From the NCBI GenBank assembly GCA_964551445.1, contig CAZKCG010000014.1:38689-102688 (forward strand): DNA of 64,000 nt. The letters run 5' to 3'. Shown here piece after piece: positions 53,989 to 64,000 of this stretch (position 1 is the stretch's first letter; each line of letters starts with the position of its first letter). The position numbers and the translations under genes were made by a program. The DNA comes from an uncultured bacterium. GTDB taxonomy: Bacteria; Muiribacteriota; UBA9980. The notes beneath the pieces were generated by a model. That model ran no database searches, was not told where the DNA came from, and saw nothing but the letters and a program-made list of their open reading frames with translations.

Positions 53989-56133
53989 TTATTTGGCCTT
54001 GAACTTTATTATGCCCTCGTCTATAAAGCGCGTTTCAGAGTAAACGTCTATTTTATAAGCCTGATTTTTAGAAAGCGGTTTCCGAGGTTTAAAAGTGACG
54101 CACATTTTTTTGTCGGGAGAAGACTTCACCGCTATGGCCGACTGTATGTCGGCGGCCGCTTCGCGCGCTTTATTAAGAATGGGCTTGAGAGCGGAACCGG
54201 TCGAATCCAGCGCCATATTTTTGATCCCGCCGCGCCCGGCCGGTTCTTCCGCGACAAGCCTCGCGCAGATGTCGAATTCGAGCTCTGCTTCGCGGGTATT
54301 GTCGCATTTGACGAATTTTATTTTAACGTCGCCGACATCCTCGGAGATCGTGACCTCGAAAGTATCGCCAAGAGAGATGTTTCCATCATGCGGAAGCTTC
54401 ACCGAAGTCACTCCGGGGGCAGTTTTGAAAAAATAAGTTTCCGCCAGCGGAAAATTGATCCCGGAAGCGCTTTTTATATTATTAACGCAAACCTTGTAAT
54501 TACGGCCGAAAACGAGTTCCTCATAAGGCCGGAAATAGAGCTTTCTGCCGACCATTTCTATCTCGCCGGTAACGGGAATGAATTCGCCCTTCCTGCGTTC
54601 CGTGAAAAGAAGCATGGTATCGCTTTTCACGCTTGCGGGATTCATATCGGTCGAGAAAACGACGAAGACCTCGCTCTTTCGTCTAACGTCAGAACCCTCG
54701 GGCATTCTTAAAATTATGGCCGGAAGCGATCTGGCGTCGTCATATTCCTGAAAAGCGGGCGCGACTTTTTTCAGCCCCGTCTCGCCGGTGCTTCCGTTTT
54801 TTTGAAGCTTCGCCTCGTCCGTTTCGCGCTTGTCCTTAAGGGATACTTCGCCCGTTCCGTCGGTCAGTTTCGTTTCATTCGTGGACCCGTCAGGGAGCGC
54901 GCCGGACTGAACCGACGTATAACCTATGGTCTCAAAATTCCAGTCGAGTTTATATCTGACCTTATTTTCAGAAAAATCCATGTCGACGGTTTTAAAAATG
55001 CCGCCGTTAACCGACTTGTTCCTGACGCTGCCTGACGCTGCCGACGCCGCGGCCGAACCGGACGCGGAACCGGATGAACCCGGCGATGAAGCCGCGGCGC
55101 TTCCGCCGGTTGGGCCGTTCTGAGGCTTCTCATTGGCGCCGGGAGGCATATCGTGCTCAAAAACAACCGTTGCCGAATACATGGCGCCGCGTTCAAGCGG
55201 AGCGTTATGCGATATTGACAGAGAATTTCTGGCGGGATCCCATTTAGCGTCGATCTTGCCGGTATCGGAACCGCCGGGTTTGGCGTTATATTTCTGGCGG
55301 ACGTTGGCCGATCTGACCACCAGGTCGATCTTGCCGCCCTGTTTTTTTATCCGGCCGCCGTCGAATTTTATCTCCGCCGGGGCGTTTATGGATATATCGC
55401 GATCATTTCCGGCGGGATACATTTCGGTTGGATTAAAAAGGGCGAGTTCTTCATATTGAGGATCGATCCCGCCATCCGGGGACTGACCTGCCGCATCCGC
55501 GCTTCCCGGACCGGCCTCCGCATCCTGCGGTTTCGACGCGAACTTTACCAGTTCGTCGGAAAAGGTTATCGGATTTTCAAGCCTGGAAGACTCGAGTTTA
55601 ATATATGAATCCAGTTCCATTATGGAGTCTTTCGCGCCCGCGCCGAGGGACACGCTGGCGGAATCCGAGCCATGGGATTGAGGTTTTATGGTTTTAAGCT
55701 TTTCGACGAGCGAGTCGAATCCGGCCGCGCCATATAATTTAGAATTTAAGATTTCCGACTTGACGGCGCCGAGTTCTTTGGCCGTATCGCCCGCCGAACA
55801 GGTTTTTTTAACTTCCTCGCAAAGCGCCTCGCGCTTTTTATAAAGCGAGTTCAGCGAGCTTTCGGCATCCTTCGCGGCCGACATTTTAAGGCCTATCATC
55901 TGTTCGGAAAAAAATATTTTTTTGTTGAGCTCCGCTATTTCAAGCACCTTTGAGCGGACGTTAGACGGCTGCGCGGCGGGGGTCTGCTGAGGGGCTTCCT
56001 CTTTAAAGGCGCCGGCCGCGGAGTCATCTTTTTTTATGACGCTACTTTCATTTGTATCCTGCGAAAAAGCTTTTTCGGGAGGCTGGATAAAAAATGAAAC
56101 TCCGAGCATTACCGCCAAAAATATTTTTTTCAT
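53989..56133 (-). CDS. Secreted hypothetical protein with Ser/Gly/Ala-rich linkers and Ig-like beta domains
   Basis: Signal peptide (MKKIFLAVMLGVSFFIQPPEKAFS). Low-complexity GSAAASSPGSSGSASGSAAASAASGS linker. The ATG at complement 56131-56133 with AAGGTG 6 nt upstream is preferred over the track's GTG at 56142. Confidence 0.5.
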   Translation of the reverse strand: MKKIFLAVMLGVSFFIQPPEKAFSQDTNESSVIKKDDSAAGAFKEEAPQQTPAAQPSNVRSKVLEIAELNKKIFFSEQMIGLKMSAAKDAESSLNSLYKKREALCEEVKKTCSAGDTAKELGAVKSEILNSKLYGAAGFDSLVEKLKTIKPQSHGSDSASVSLGAGAKDSIMELDSYIKLESSRLENPITFSDELVKFASKPQDAEAGPGSADAAGQSPDGGIDPQYEELALFNPTEMYPAGNDRDISINAPAEIKFDGGRIKKQGGKIDLVVRSANVRQKYNAKPGGSDTGKIDAKWDPARNSLSISHNAPLERGAMYSATVVFEHDMPPGANEKPQNGPTGGSAAASSPGSSGSASGSAAASAASGSVRNKSVNGGIFKTVDMDFSENKVRYKLDWNFETIGYTSVQSGALPDGSTNETKLTDGTGEVSLKDKRETDEAKLQKNGSTGETGLKKVAPAFQEYDDARSLPAIILRMPEGSDVRRKSEVFVVFSTDMNPASVKSDTMLLFTERRKGEFIPVTGEIEMVGRKLYFRPYEELVFGRNYKVCVNNIKSASGINFPLAETYFFKTAPGVTSVKLPHDGNISLGDTFEVTISEDVGDVKIKFVKCDNTREAELEFDICARLVAEEPAGRGGIKNMALDSTGSALKPILNKAREAAADIQSAIAVKSSPDKKMCVTFKPRKPLSKNQAYKIDVYSETRFIDEGIIKFKAK

Positions 56134-56144
56134 CAAAATCACCT

Positions 56145-58862
56145 TTATTTTATAAGTTTTTGATAGTGTTCTTCAAGAACCTCGATCCTGGGTTTTATTC
56201 TGTTCATTAACTCCGGATTCTGTGCCGCGCCGTATCTTACCCTGTCAAGGACGGTTTTTATAACGGCGGCCGTCTCATTGGCGGCGGATACTTTATCGGT
56301 CTTAACGTGTTTTATGAGGCGGTCGAGCGATTCTTCAAGCTTGGGAGACGCTGGATCGAATTCTTTTTCGAGGTTGTTGAACACTTCATCGGCTCGAATA
56401 GCTGCGCCGATCGCGGCCGTTTCACTGGCGGCGGACTGTTTCCTGGACGACGCGCCATTACGGGCGGCGGGCATGGAAGTTATTTCATCGGAAAGCTCTT
56501 CAACACCCTTTTTAGCGGTATGAGAAAGCCATTTTATAACGCTGAAGTTATAATCCGGCGTCTGATGCTGCGACGTGAACGTGTAAACCGCGGTCCCGAA
56601 ATGTTGAGAACCAAAAACCGCTATTTTTCCGCCGGAAGGCATTATTTCGGCGGCCTCGATAACGACGGGAACGCCGTCGGGATATATTACCGCGTCGCCT
56701 GAAGCGTCGGCGTCGATATTCGTGCAGTCGCCGTCGCCGTAAGCGAGCTGAATAACCGTTTTATCGGCGGATGTTATGGGCGCCATATTGGAGTTCAACA
56801 TCGAAGCGGTGCCTGAAAAAAGAGCCGCCCTGACATCTGCCGGAATTATCTTTCTGTCGAAACAGTTAGCGAGAAGGACCCATTTCATAGACCCCGTGCA
56901 ATTTGTAGGATCGAGCACCTCGTCGTCGTTTATGCGGATATTAGAACCTGTCTGTTCGAGCACCCTGTTAAGCGTTTGAGGATTGGCAAGGCCTTTATAG
57001 TCGCATCTGCCGATCAGAAGAAGCCCGCCGCCAGCATCTACGAAGTTTTTGACGGCCGCGATCTCGTCTTTATTAAGTCCGGCTTCAGTTGTCGCGTATT
57101 CGGAAATTATCAATACGGAAGCGTTTTTAAGAGTTTCGTCGCTTATGCGCGAAGTATTCGAGACGGTCTGCAGGCCGTTGTTAAAAAGATTGATCTTCAG
57201 ATCCTCGAAATAGCCGCGGCCGAGATTCTCATGAGCTTCGTCGATCATGACGAGGCGCCTTCCCGGAGTTAATTTAAACGAGACGACGGCGATGACCTTC
57301 TGTACGGACCTTATCACGGCAAAAAGTTCAAAAACTTTACCCGATTTAGGCGTCCAGTCGAACGCGGCCTGGCCGTTATCGAGAGTTCCGGAAGTCGCCG
57401 CGAGTTTGTTGGCTTCGGATACGGCGTCCTCGTAAAGGGTTATCTGAGCGTCCGAAGGCGCCTGACTTATTTTAACAATAGCTTTTACCGGTTCGTAAAC
57501 GAAAAGTTTTTCAGGCACCGTAGAAAGAGAAACTTCCGGGACCGCCACGGCAGGGTCAGCGGCCGTCCTGAAATATCCGCTATCTTTTACAAGCTGGGAA
57601 AGATCTTTCTGGGAAACCGATTCAACCTCGAAATTATACGGAGTATTCGGTTTTAATCCGGTAATAGTGATCTTGTGATTGAGCGAATATCCGTCGCGGG
57701 CCTTTTCCATTTTTGCGGTATCGCCGTCTGCCCAGTATTTTACGCGCGCCGTCGAAAGCTGAGTGGTCTCCCATTCGATCGTCGCTGAATAAGGCGTTAT
57801 ATCGGTGGTTTTGGGTGATATCGGCATGGAGTTAGGAGTGCTGCCGGTCGAGAAATTTATCGCGGTGCCGTCCGACCAGCTTTCGATGGTCTTGTCGATA
57901 TCGGTGCGGTAAATCACCTTGCTGAAATATTCGAGATTTTTAAGCGTTGACGGAACCGGGTGTTTGAACTGGTTGTTGACGCCGCAGGATATGACGCTGA
58001 CCTCGGGGCGAAGTTTCGCCAGGTACGCGGGCGTGGAGGACGTAGCGGAACCGTGATGGCATACTTTATAAACATATGTTTTTATCATCTTTTCAGGGAC
58101 CGTCGCCAATATTTCGTCTTCGGCCGGCGCTTCCGCGTCGCCGCCGAACTGATAGACCATATTTTTATACTGCATTCTTAAAACTATCGAAAAATCATTG
58201 AGATTATTATCGCCGGCCGATTCGATAACGACGGAACCGGTGTCTTCTTTCGACATGCTCTTAACGAAAGAATAAGAGGTGAGGTCGCCGACCTTCATAT
58301 TATCAAGGGAGGATCTTGAATTTTTGGGTTTTCCCATATCAGGGAGTGTTTTCCATTCTTTCGGCGGATGCAGAACGGCCGCTTCGATCCCATCGCCAAG
58401 ATCGATCTTATCATCCTTCCATATTTTGTAAACCGGAATATTTTTAGCCTTGAGCAGTTTGAGGATCTCGGCGTACATCTGAGTGCTGGAAACGCGGTTC
58501 TCGTAAACCGCGCCGATCTCGATCTTTGGAATAAGCGCAAGAAGGCCGCCGATATGGTCGCGATGGGCATGAGACATTATAAGGATATCTATTTTTTTTA
58601 TGCCGTTAGCAGCGAAATAAGGAAGAATAGCTCCGTCCGCGGCGTTCGCCCGGTCGTCGCCGGCGTCGATCATGATTATCTTTCCTGAAGGCGTTCGAAT
58701 TATTTCACAGTCACCCTGGCCGATGTCAAGAAAGGTGACCTTTAATTTATCGCCCCTGTCCGACGCGAATATCAAAGCTCCGTTTATTGATGAGATAAAA
58801 AGAAAAACTATTAAAAGCGAAAAAAGAAATAAAGAAAATTTTCTGAGATTTATATACTTCAT
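56145..58862 (-). CDS. Secreted MBL-fold metallo-hydrolase (ComEC-type beta-lactamase domain) with FN3-like and additional C-terminal domains
   Basis: MBL motifs …VTFLDIGQGDCEII…IMIDAGD…ILIMSHAHRDHIGG. FN3-like segment (…TPYSATIEWETTQ…PNTPYNFEVESV…). Start ATG (MKYINL…) preceded by GGAGGG. The track's TTG N-terminal extension is rejected. Confidence 0.7.
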   Translation of the reverse strand: MKYINLRKFSLFLFSLLIVFLFISSINGALIFASDRGDKLKVTFLDIGQGDCEIIRTPSGKIIMIDAGDDRANAADGAILPYFAANGIKKIDILIMSHAHRDHIGGLLALIPKIEIGAVYENRVSSTQMYAEILKLLKAKNIPVYKIWKDDKIDLGDGIEAAVLHPPKEWKTLPDMGKPKNSRSSLDNMKVGDLTSYSFVKSMSKEDTGSVVIESAGDNNLNDFSIVLRMQYKNMVYQFGGDAEAPAEDEILATVPEKMIKTYVYKVCHHGSATSSTPAYLAKLRPEVSVISCGVNNQFKHPVPSTLKNLEYFSKVIYRTDIDKTIESWSDGTAINFSTGSTPNSMPISPKTTDITPYSATIEWETTQLSTARVKYWADGDTAKMEKARDGYSLNHKITITGLKPNTPYNFEVESVSQKDLSQLVKDSGYFRTAADPAVAVPEVSLSTVPEKLFVYEPVKAIVKISQAPSDAQITLYEDAVSEANKLAATSGTLDNGQAAFDWTPKSGKVFELFAVIRSVQKVIAVVSFKLTPGRRLVMIDEAHENLGRGYFEDLKINLFNNGLQTVSNTSRISDETLKNASVLIISEYATTEAGLNKDEIAAVKNFVDAGGGLLLIGRCDYKGLANPQTLNRVLEQTGSNIRINDDEVLDPTNCTGSMKWVLLANCFDRKIIPADVRAALFSGTASMLNSNMAPITSADKTVIQLAYGDGDCTNIDADASGDAVIYPDGVPVVIEAAEIMPSGGKIAVFGSQHFGTAVYTFTSQHQTPDYNFSVIKWLSHTAKKGVEELSDEITSMPAARNGASSRKQSAASETAAIGAAIRADEVFNNLEKEFDPASPKLEESLDRLIKHVKTDKVSAANETAAVIKTVLDRVRYGAAQNPELMNRIKPRIEVLEEHYQKLIK

Positions 58863-58937
58863 ACACCCTCCGGATAATATGTTTAAAAAAATTATCAACT
58901 TATAAAACAATGAACATTTGCAAAGAACGGTGCTTCG

Positions 58938-59234
58938 TTAAAAAATCATCGACGGAGGAGCGCGAAGGGAACTGGCACGGTAAAAACGGAGGTTGAAACT
59001 TTCGAACCACACCGTGAAAAATTTGAGGCGCCCGATCGTAACGACTAAAAAAATCAGAAAAAGAAGAGCCGCGGTTTTAATTGAAACGGAAAAAGCACAG
59101 AGAAGGCAGTTTTTTTCATCAAAACCGGGAGCCGTATGGTAGTGAAAGAACGAGAAAAGAAGAGCCAGAGCAAATAACGATATTGTTATAAGCAGCTGTG
59201 TTTTAAAGCCTTTTCCCGAAAAATGACCCTTCAT
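58938..59234 (-). CDS. Possible small membrane protein (98 aa); weak
   Basis: Two hydrophobic helices. No RBS checked. Could be non-coding. Confidence 0.25.
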   Translation of the reverse strand: MKGHFSGKGFKTQLLITISLFALALLFSFFHYHTAPGFDEKNCLLCAFSVSIKTAALLFLIFLVVTIGRLKFFTVWFESFNLRFYRASSLRAPPSMIF

Positions 59235-59352
59235 AAAACTCCTTTAAAAAACTCTATAATCAATTATACTACTAATAAAGGGCGCTGTCAACTTTTCGAG
59301 TAAAATAATAAATAAATAAGGCCGCCTATGACGGGTGCACAACACAATCAAA

Positions 59353-59387
59353 TAAAAAAGAGCCGGACTTGCGTCCGGCCCTTTTTT
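59353..59387. terminator. Bidirectional intrinsic terminator downstream of the C11 peptidase gene
   Basis: AAAAAAGAGCCGGAC-ttgc-GTCCGGCCCTTTTTTAA. Confidence 0.75.
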
Positions 59388-59412
59388 AACTATTTATTTA
59401 TTGGAAGGCTTA

Positions 59413-60675
59413 TTATTGAACCTGAGCTGCAGCAGGGATATATTTCTTTAAGAATGTCATCCATGCTGATTTTCCGAATTTAAGAGCTGCGTAGTCAGCA
59501 CCAGGAACCGATGTAGGAAGGTATATTGCAAGGCCTGTAGCGTTCTTCATTGTTGCGCCTGTAACGCCGTTCTCTGAAACGAGAGGGTTCTGGCCGTTAG
59601 CATAGAGAGCGATAACTTCAGCTACGAGAGCCTGGATCTCGGCGTCTGTAACGTTTTTCTGGAGGAGAGCGAGGAAATGGCCGAGATCTTTATTTGTTCT
59701 GTAGTAGAAAGCCTGGAGGCCGTAAGCAAGAACGTTTTTCTTCATTGTTGTAACGAAAGCCTTGTCGCTTGTTTTGTCAGCGAGCTTAGCGCAGAGAACG
59801 TCGAACTTAGCCATGAAAGCATCCATCTGAGCGAGATCGATCGAGGACTGTGTTCCAGCCTGGTTGATGCCCTGATAGTGAGCTTTGTAAGCCTGTACGA
59901 GAACTTTTGCGAAATCGCGGGCGTTCATTGTAGGCGTAGCAACGAGAGGAGCGAGGAAATCGTTGTAGGTGTATCCGTCGCCAGGTTCGGTTTCTTCGGA
60001 AGCAACGCAATATTCAACGTAGTCTTTTATTTCATATGTAACTTCGATCATCTGCATGAGGCAGGCATCCATTGTGAGGATGTCGAGTTTTTTGTTGCCG
60101 AGGAGTTTGTAGATGGAAGCCATAGCTTCGCCGAGCTGAGGTGTGGTGATGTGGTTTCCTGACTGGTCGTCATAGGAAATGCCTTTTACAGCCATGCTTC
60201 TTGTGCGGCTCCAGCCCGAACCGTGGTTCCAAATGTCAAGGGAATAATGTTTGGCAGGGTAGTTTTTTACGCCCCATGCAACGAAATCAACGAGGTTTTT
60301 TACGCTGCCCATGTCATAAACGCCGAGCTCTTCGATAACCTGTGAGTTCATCGTGTTGAGGTCGTTGTCTTTTGTTACATAGAGTTTTTTAGCTGTTCCG
60401 CGTTCGCGGTCTAAAAGGACTACTATGTTAACGTTGTCGGACGAACCGATCATTTCCATTTCGTTTACGTCTTTAACGCCGAACTGGTCGAGATTATTGT
60501 CTGCATTGAGGAATACCAGAAAGGTCCAATCTTTTTCGGCTCTGATCTCGCATGTTGAGTCACAGCTGCCGCCGTTGCTTGGACAGTTAGGATCGCATTT
60601 TGCCGCGTAAACATTGCCCACCATAACCAACATCATTACCATAACAAAAACCGCTAACATACCCCTTTTTGCCAT
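59413..60675 (-). CDS. Clostripain-family (C11) cysteine peptidase, secreted
   Basis: Signal peptide. Catalytic His in DIWNHGSGW and catalytic Cys in LTMDACLMQ, both characteristic of peptidase family C11. RBS GGTAGGGAG. Confidence 0.8.
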   Translation of the reverse strand: MAKRGMLAVFVMVMMLVMVGNVYAAKCDPNCPSNGGSCDSTCEIRAEKDWTFLVFLNADNNLDQFGVKDVNEMEMIGSSDNVNIVVLLDRERGTAKKLYVTKDNDLNTMNSQVIEELGVYDMGSVKNLVDFVAWGVKNYPAKHYSLDIWNHGSGWSRTRSMAVKGISYDDQSGNHITTPQLGEAMASIYKLLGNKKLDILTMDACLMQMIEVTYEIKDYVEYCVASEETEPGDGYTYNDFLAPLVATPTMNARDFAKVLVQAYKAHYQGINQAGTQSSIDLAQMDAFMAKFDVLCAKLADKTSDKAFVTTMKKNVLAYGLQAFYYRTNKDLGHFLALLQKNVTDAEIQALVAEVIALYANGQNPLVSENGVTGATMKNATGLAIYLPTSVPGADYAALKFGKSAWMTFLKKYIPAAAQVQ

Positions 60676-60957
60676 TTTAATACTCCCTACCTTTCAAATT
60701 TGTATTCGCCTGTCTGGCTAATTACGTATTGATTTTACATAATAAAAAAACTTTTGTCAAGGGTTTGAGTTAAATATTATTAAATTTTTAAAGTACCTGC
60801 CACCAAAGCGATTAAAAATAAGTTGTAAAAAATAATTAAATATGTTATATTCATTTTTTAAGATTGCTTTTATTTTGGTTAATTTTTGATTTATTATTGA
60901 GTATAAACATAAACATTTATTTTAAGGAAGTTTTATTAATTTAAAACATGAGGTGAA

Positions 60958-63171
60958 ATGATGCCAAGGACATGTAGTGAACAGGATGTCGAAAAAATCG
61001 TTAATACCGGATACCACGATCCATATGACATTCTCGGAATGCACGATATCGACTTTAACGGCGCCCGCAATTTATGCGTAAGGGCTTTCCTGCCGGATGC
61101 CCGCGAAGCTTTTGTTATTGAAGTATCAAACTCCAAAAACCGTTATAAAATGGATAAAGTTGACGACCGCGGCTTTTTCGAGGTTATTATCGCGCGAAAC
61201 GACAGGTTCAAATATAACATCGAGAAACATTTTTATGACGGCAATTTCACGACTTTTTATGATTCATATGCTTTTCCGGCCATCCTCACCGATTACGACC
61301 TTCACCTCTTTAAAGAAGGCAACCATCACCGCATACATGAAAAACTCGGCGCCCACTATCACGAATTCGAGGGCATCGGCGGAATATGTTTCGCCGTATG
61401 GGCCCCTAACGCCAAAAGGGTCAGCATAATAGGCGATTTCAACTCCTGGGACGGCAGGCGTCACGTAATGCGCGTCAGAACAGGCGTCGGCGTGTGGGAG
61501 ATCTTCATTCCCGGCCTTCCAATGGGCAGCAACTATAAATTTGAAATAAAGGCCGCCGCCGGGAATCTTATCGAAAAATCAGACCCGTATGCTTTCGCGT
61601 CCGAAGTTCGCCCTAAAACATCATCGATCGTTTATGACGTGAACAAATACACATGGAACGACAACGAATGGATGGAAAACAGGAAAAAACGCACATGGGC
61701 TGAAGAGCCCATATCGATCTATGAGGTCCATCCCGGCTCATGGATGCGCGTTCCGGAAGATAATAACCGTTTCCTGACATATCGTGAATTCGCCGAAAAA
61801 CTTGTGGAATACGTAAAAAAACTTAATTATACGCACATCCAGCTGCTGCCGATCACGGAACACCCGTTCGACGGTTCCTGGGGCTATCAGGTCACCGGAT
61901 ATTTTGCGCCTACCAGCCGCTACGGCTCGCCTGCGGACTTCATGTACTTCGTCGATTACCTACACCAGAACGGCATAGGCGTCCTTGTCGACTGGGTGCC
62001 GGCTCACTTTCCAAAAGACTGGCACGGATTCATGAAATTCGACGGCACCTGCCTTTATGAGCACGAAGACCCCAGAAAAGGCGAACACATGGACTGGTCT
62101 ACGCTCATTTTCAACTACGGCAGGAACGAGGTCAAAAATTTCCTTATTTCGAACGCGGTATTCTGGTTCGACAAATATCACATCGACGGTCTTCGCGTCG
62201 ACGCGGTAGCCTCGATGCTTTATCTTGATTATTCAAGAAAAGCCGGAGAATGGGTGCCGAACCAATACGGCGGCCGCGAAAACCTTGAAGCGATAGAATT
62301 TTTAAAATACTTAAACGGCATAGTCTATCAATACTTCCCCGGAATATTGATGATAGCCGAAGAATCGACCGCATGGCCGGCCGTTTCCCGCCCGACTTAC
62401 GTGGGCGGACTAGGGTTCGGGCTCAAATGGAACATGGGATGGATGAACGACACGCTGAAATATTTCGAAAAAGATCCCATTCACAGGCGCTATCACCACA
62501 ATATGCTCACTTTCCCGCTGATCTACGCGTTCACGGAAAATTTCGTCCTCGTATTATCGCATGACGAAGTAGTTCATGGCAAAAAATCACTGCTGGATAA
62601 AATGCCGGGCGACGCCTGGCAAAAATTCGCCAACGTCCGCCTGCTTCTCGGCTACATGTACGGCATGCCGGGGAAAAAACTTTCATTCATGGGCAACGAA
62701 CTGGGCCAGTGGCACGAATGGAACTGCAACCAGAGCCTTGATTGGCATCTGTTGAATTTCGACTCGCACAGCAAACTCAGTAGATATGTGGCCGACCTTA
62801 ATAACCTTTATAAAAACGAACCAGCCTTCTACCAGAACGACTTTTCAAATGACGGATTCGAATGGATCGATTTCTCGGATGCAGACCGCTCGATAATATC
62901 ATTCATCAGAAAAGGTAAAAATCCTGATGACGCACTTATATTCGTTTTCAATTTCACGCCCATGGTCTATCTCAATTACAGGATCGGCGTTCCATGGCAG
63001 GGCCATTACGACGAGGTCTTAAACTCCGATTCGGCCGATTACTGGGGCACAAACATCGGAAATTTCGGCGGCTTCCAGTCCGATCCGCTCGCGTGGCAGG
63101 GAAGGCCGGCGTCGATGAACTTAAATATTCCGCCGCTTGGTCTGCTGATATTAAAATACAAGAAACAGTAG
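60958..63171 (+). CDS. glgB: 1,4-alpha-glucan branching enzyme GlgB (GH13_9)
   Basis: N-terminal CBM48-like region (…[25 protein letters not shown]…). Catalytic regions …[13 protein letters not shown]…, …[14 protein letters not shown]…, …[11 protein letters not shown]…, …[15 protein letters not shown]…. Alternative start at 60961. Confidence 0.9.
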   Translation: MMPRTCSEQDVEKIVNTGYHDPYDILGMHDIDFNGARNLCVRAFLPDAREAFVIEVSNSKNRYKMDKVDDRGFFEVIIARNDRFKYNIEKHFYDGNFTTFYDSYAFPAILTDYDLHLFKEGNHHRIHEKLGAHYHEFEGIGGICFAVWAPNAKRVSIIGDFNSWDGRRHVMRVRTGVGVWEIFIPGLPMGSNYKFEIKAAAGNLIEKSDPYAFASEVRPKTSSIVYDVNKYTWNDNEWMENRKKRTWAEEPISIYEVHPGSWMRVPEDNNRFLTYREFAEKLVEYVKKLNYTHIQLLPITEHPFDGSWGYQVTGYFAPTSRYGSPADFMYFVDYLHQNGIGVLVDWVPAHFPKDWHGFMKFDGTCLYEHEDPRKGEHMDWSTLIFNYGRNEVKNFLISNAVFWFDKYHIDGLRVDAVASMLYLDYSRKAGEWVPNQYGGRENLEAIEFLKYLNGIVYQYFPGILMIAEESTAWPAVSRPTYVGGLGFGLKWNMGWMNDTLKYFEKDPIHRRYHHNMLTFPLIYAFTENFVLVLSHDEVVHGKKSLLDKMPGDAWQKFANVRLLLGYMYGMPGKKLSFMGNELGQWHEWNCNQSLDWHLLNFDSHSKLSRYVADLNNLYKNEPAFYQNDFSNDGFEWIDFSDADRSIISFIRKGKNPDDALIFVFNFTPMVYLNYRIGVPWQGHYDEVLNSDSADYWGTNIGNFGGFQSDPLAWQGRPASMNLNIPPLGLLILKYKKQ

Positions 63172-63240
63172 CGTCAGGCTTTGATCCCGGTAAATAAGGC
63201 TTGAAAATATAATAATACATTCATAACGAGAGGTCCTGTA

Positions 63241-63933
63241 ATGAAAAACGATAAGATCCTTATTATAGTTTTTGTATTCACGCTTTTAACTTCGCCGGCC
63301 GCGGCCGGCTCGGGAACCGATATTTCCGTGGGCGCCAGAGACAGCAAACTCTGGAGTTCCAATATTCCCATGCCTGTATCGAAAGAAAGAATCGAGCTTT
63401 TATCCAACGATACTTATCTCGATCTTTTACAGAACGGGGTAGATCTTCTGCTTCTCGGAAAATACAAAGACGCTATAACGAACTTCGAAAAATCCCTCAG
63501 AATAGATCCGCGGCAGCCTGAAGTTTATTATAATATGGGTATCGCCTATTTTCAGCTGAAAAAATATTCGAACGCCATCGTCCAATACAGGCGCGCCATC
63601 GATCTGAAAAATAATTTCGCCGAAGCCAGAAACAACCTCGGCGTATGCTACATAAAAGAAAAACTTCTCGATACCGGCATCGATCAGATAAGGCTCGCCA
63701 ACATCTACGCGCCTACAATGATCCAGCCGCTTGAAAATCTTGAGGAACTTAAAAATAAGAACACCGACTTTAATTATAATGCCAAACTTTTCAGAACGGA
63801 ACATGATCTTATAGAATCGTCTCCGTCAAGGATCTTTTCGCTTAACCTTAAGCTTTGCGCGCCTCTTCTTTCGATAACCGAACAAACTCTGACGCAAAAC
63901 GACCGTATCATGACTGACGAAAATGCCCGATAA
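63241..63933 (+). CDS. Secreted TPR-repeat protein
   Basis: Signal peptide. TPR-like helices (…AITNFEKSLRIDPRQPEVYYNMGIAYFQLKKYSNAIVQYRRAIDLKNNFAEARNNLGVCY…). Confidence 0.6.
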   Translation: MKNDKILIIVFVFTLLTSPAAAGSGTDISVGARDSKLWSSNIPMPVSKERIELLSNDTYLDLLQNGVDLLLLGKYKDAITNFEKSLRIDPRQPEVYYNMGIAYFQLKKYSNAIVQYRRAIDLKNNFAEARNNLGVCYIKEKLLDTGIDQIRLANIYAPTMIQPLENLEELKNKNTDFNYNAKLFRTEHDLIESSPSRIFSLNLKLCAPLLSITEQTLTQNDRIMTDENAR

Positions 63934-64000
63934 AAAATCGAAAACTTATACCCATCCCAACTCAACATTTATTCATTCTTTCCAATGAAGTTATCTATTA

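Overview
This 64-kb window looks like a chromosomal segment from a bacterium with roughly 50% GC. It is probably an anaerobe: it carries a tungsten-type aldehyde:ferredoxin oxidoreductase with an Fe-S partner, a minimal chemotaxis cluster, GlgB, a GH13 amylase, FabH and a C11 clostripain-like peptidase. Genes are dense (about 45 CDS, one tRNA-Ala) with clear RBSs and several near-consensus sigma70 promoters and intrinsic terminators. I found no transposase, integrase or CRISPR array.

The five loci I rate most worth follow-up:
- A full-length homolog of the eukaryotic major vault protein (MVP repeats, SPFH-like shoulder, cap-helix coiled coil), preceded by an unusually structured, palindrome-rich intergenic region.
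- A CheA kinase with a circularly permuted domain order (P3-P4-P5, then an unassigned stretch, then HPt/P1 and P2). It is followed by a degenerate receiver protein with Glu at the phospho-acceptor position.
- A 1873-aa membrane protein with an embedded GspG-like pseudopilin domain, an in-frame 12-bp tandem repeat (GDKP), and a 19-bp inverted repeat that would sequester its start codon.
- A tandem pair of DinG-family helicases. The second is fused to a DEDDh exonuclease and has degenerate ATPase motifs.
- Tandem composite palindromes (AAAAGCTTTT plus GTTCCACTATTGGAAC) between a sigma54-type activator gene and the che operon.

There is also an AT-rich islet at about 32.4-34.1 kb encoding paralogous small signal-peptide/TM proteins. 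All calls come from reading the sequence and the supplied ORF translations; no database searches were run.
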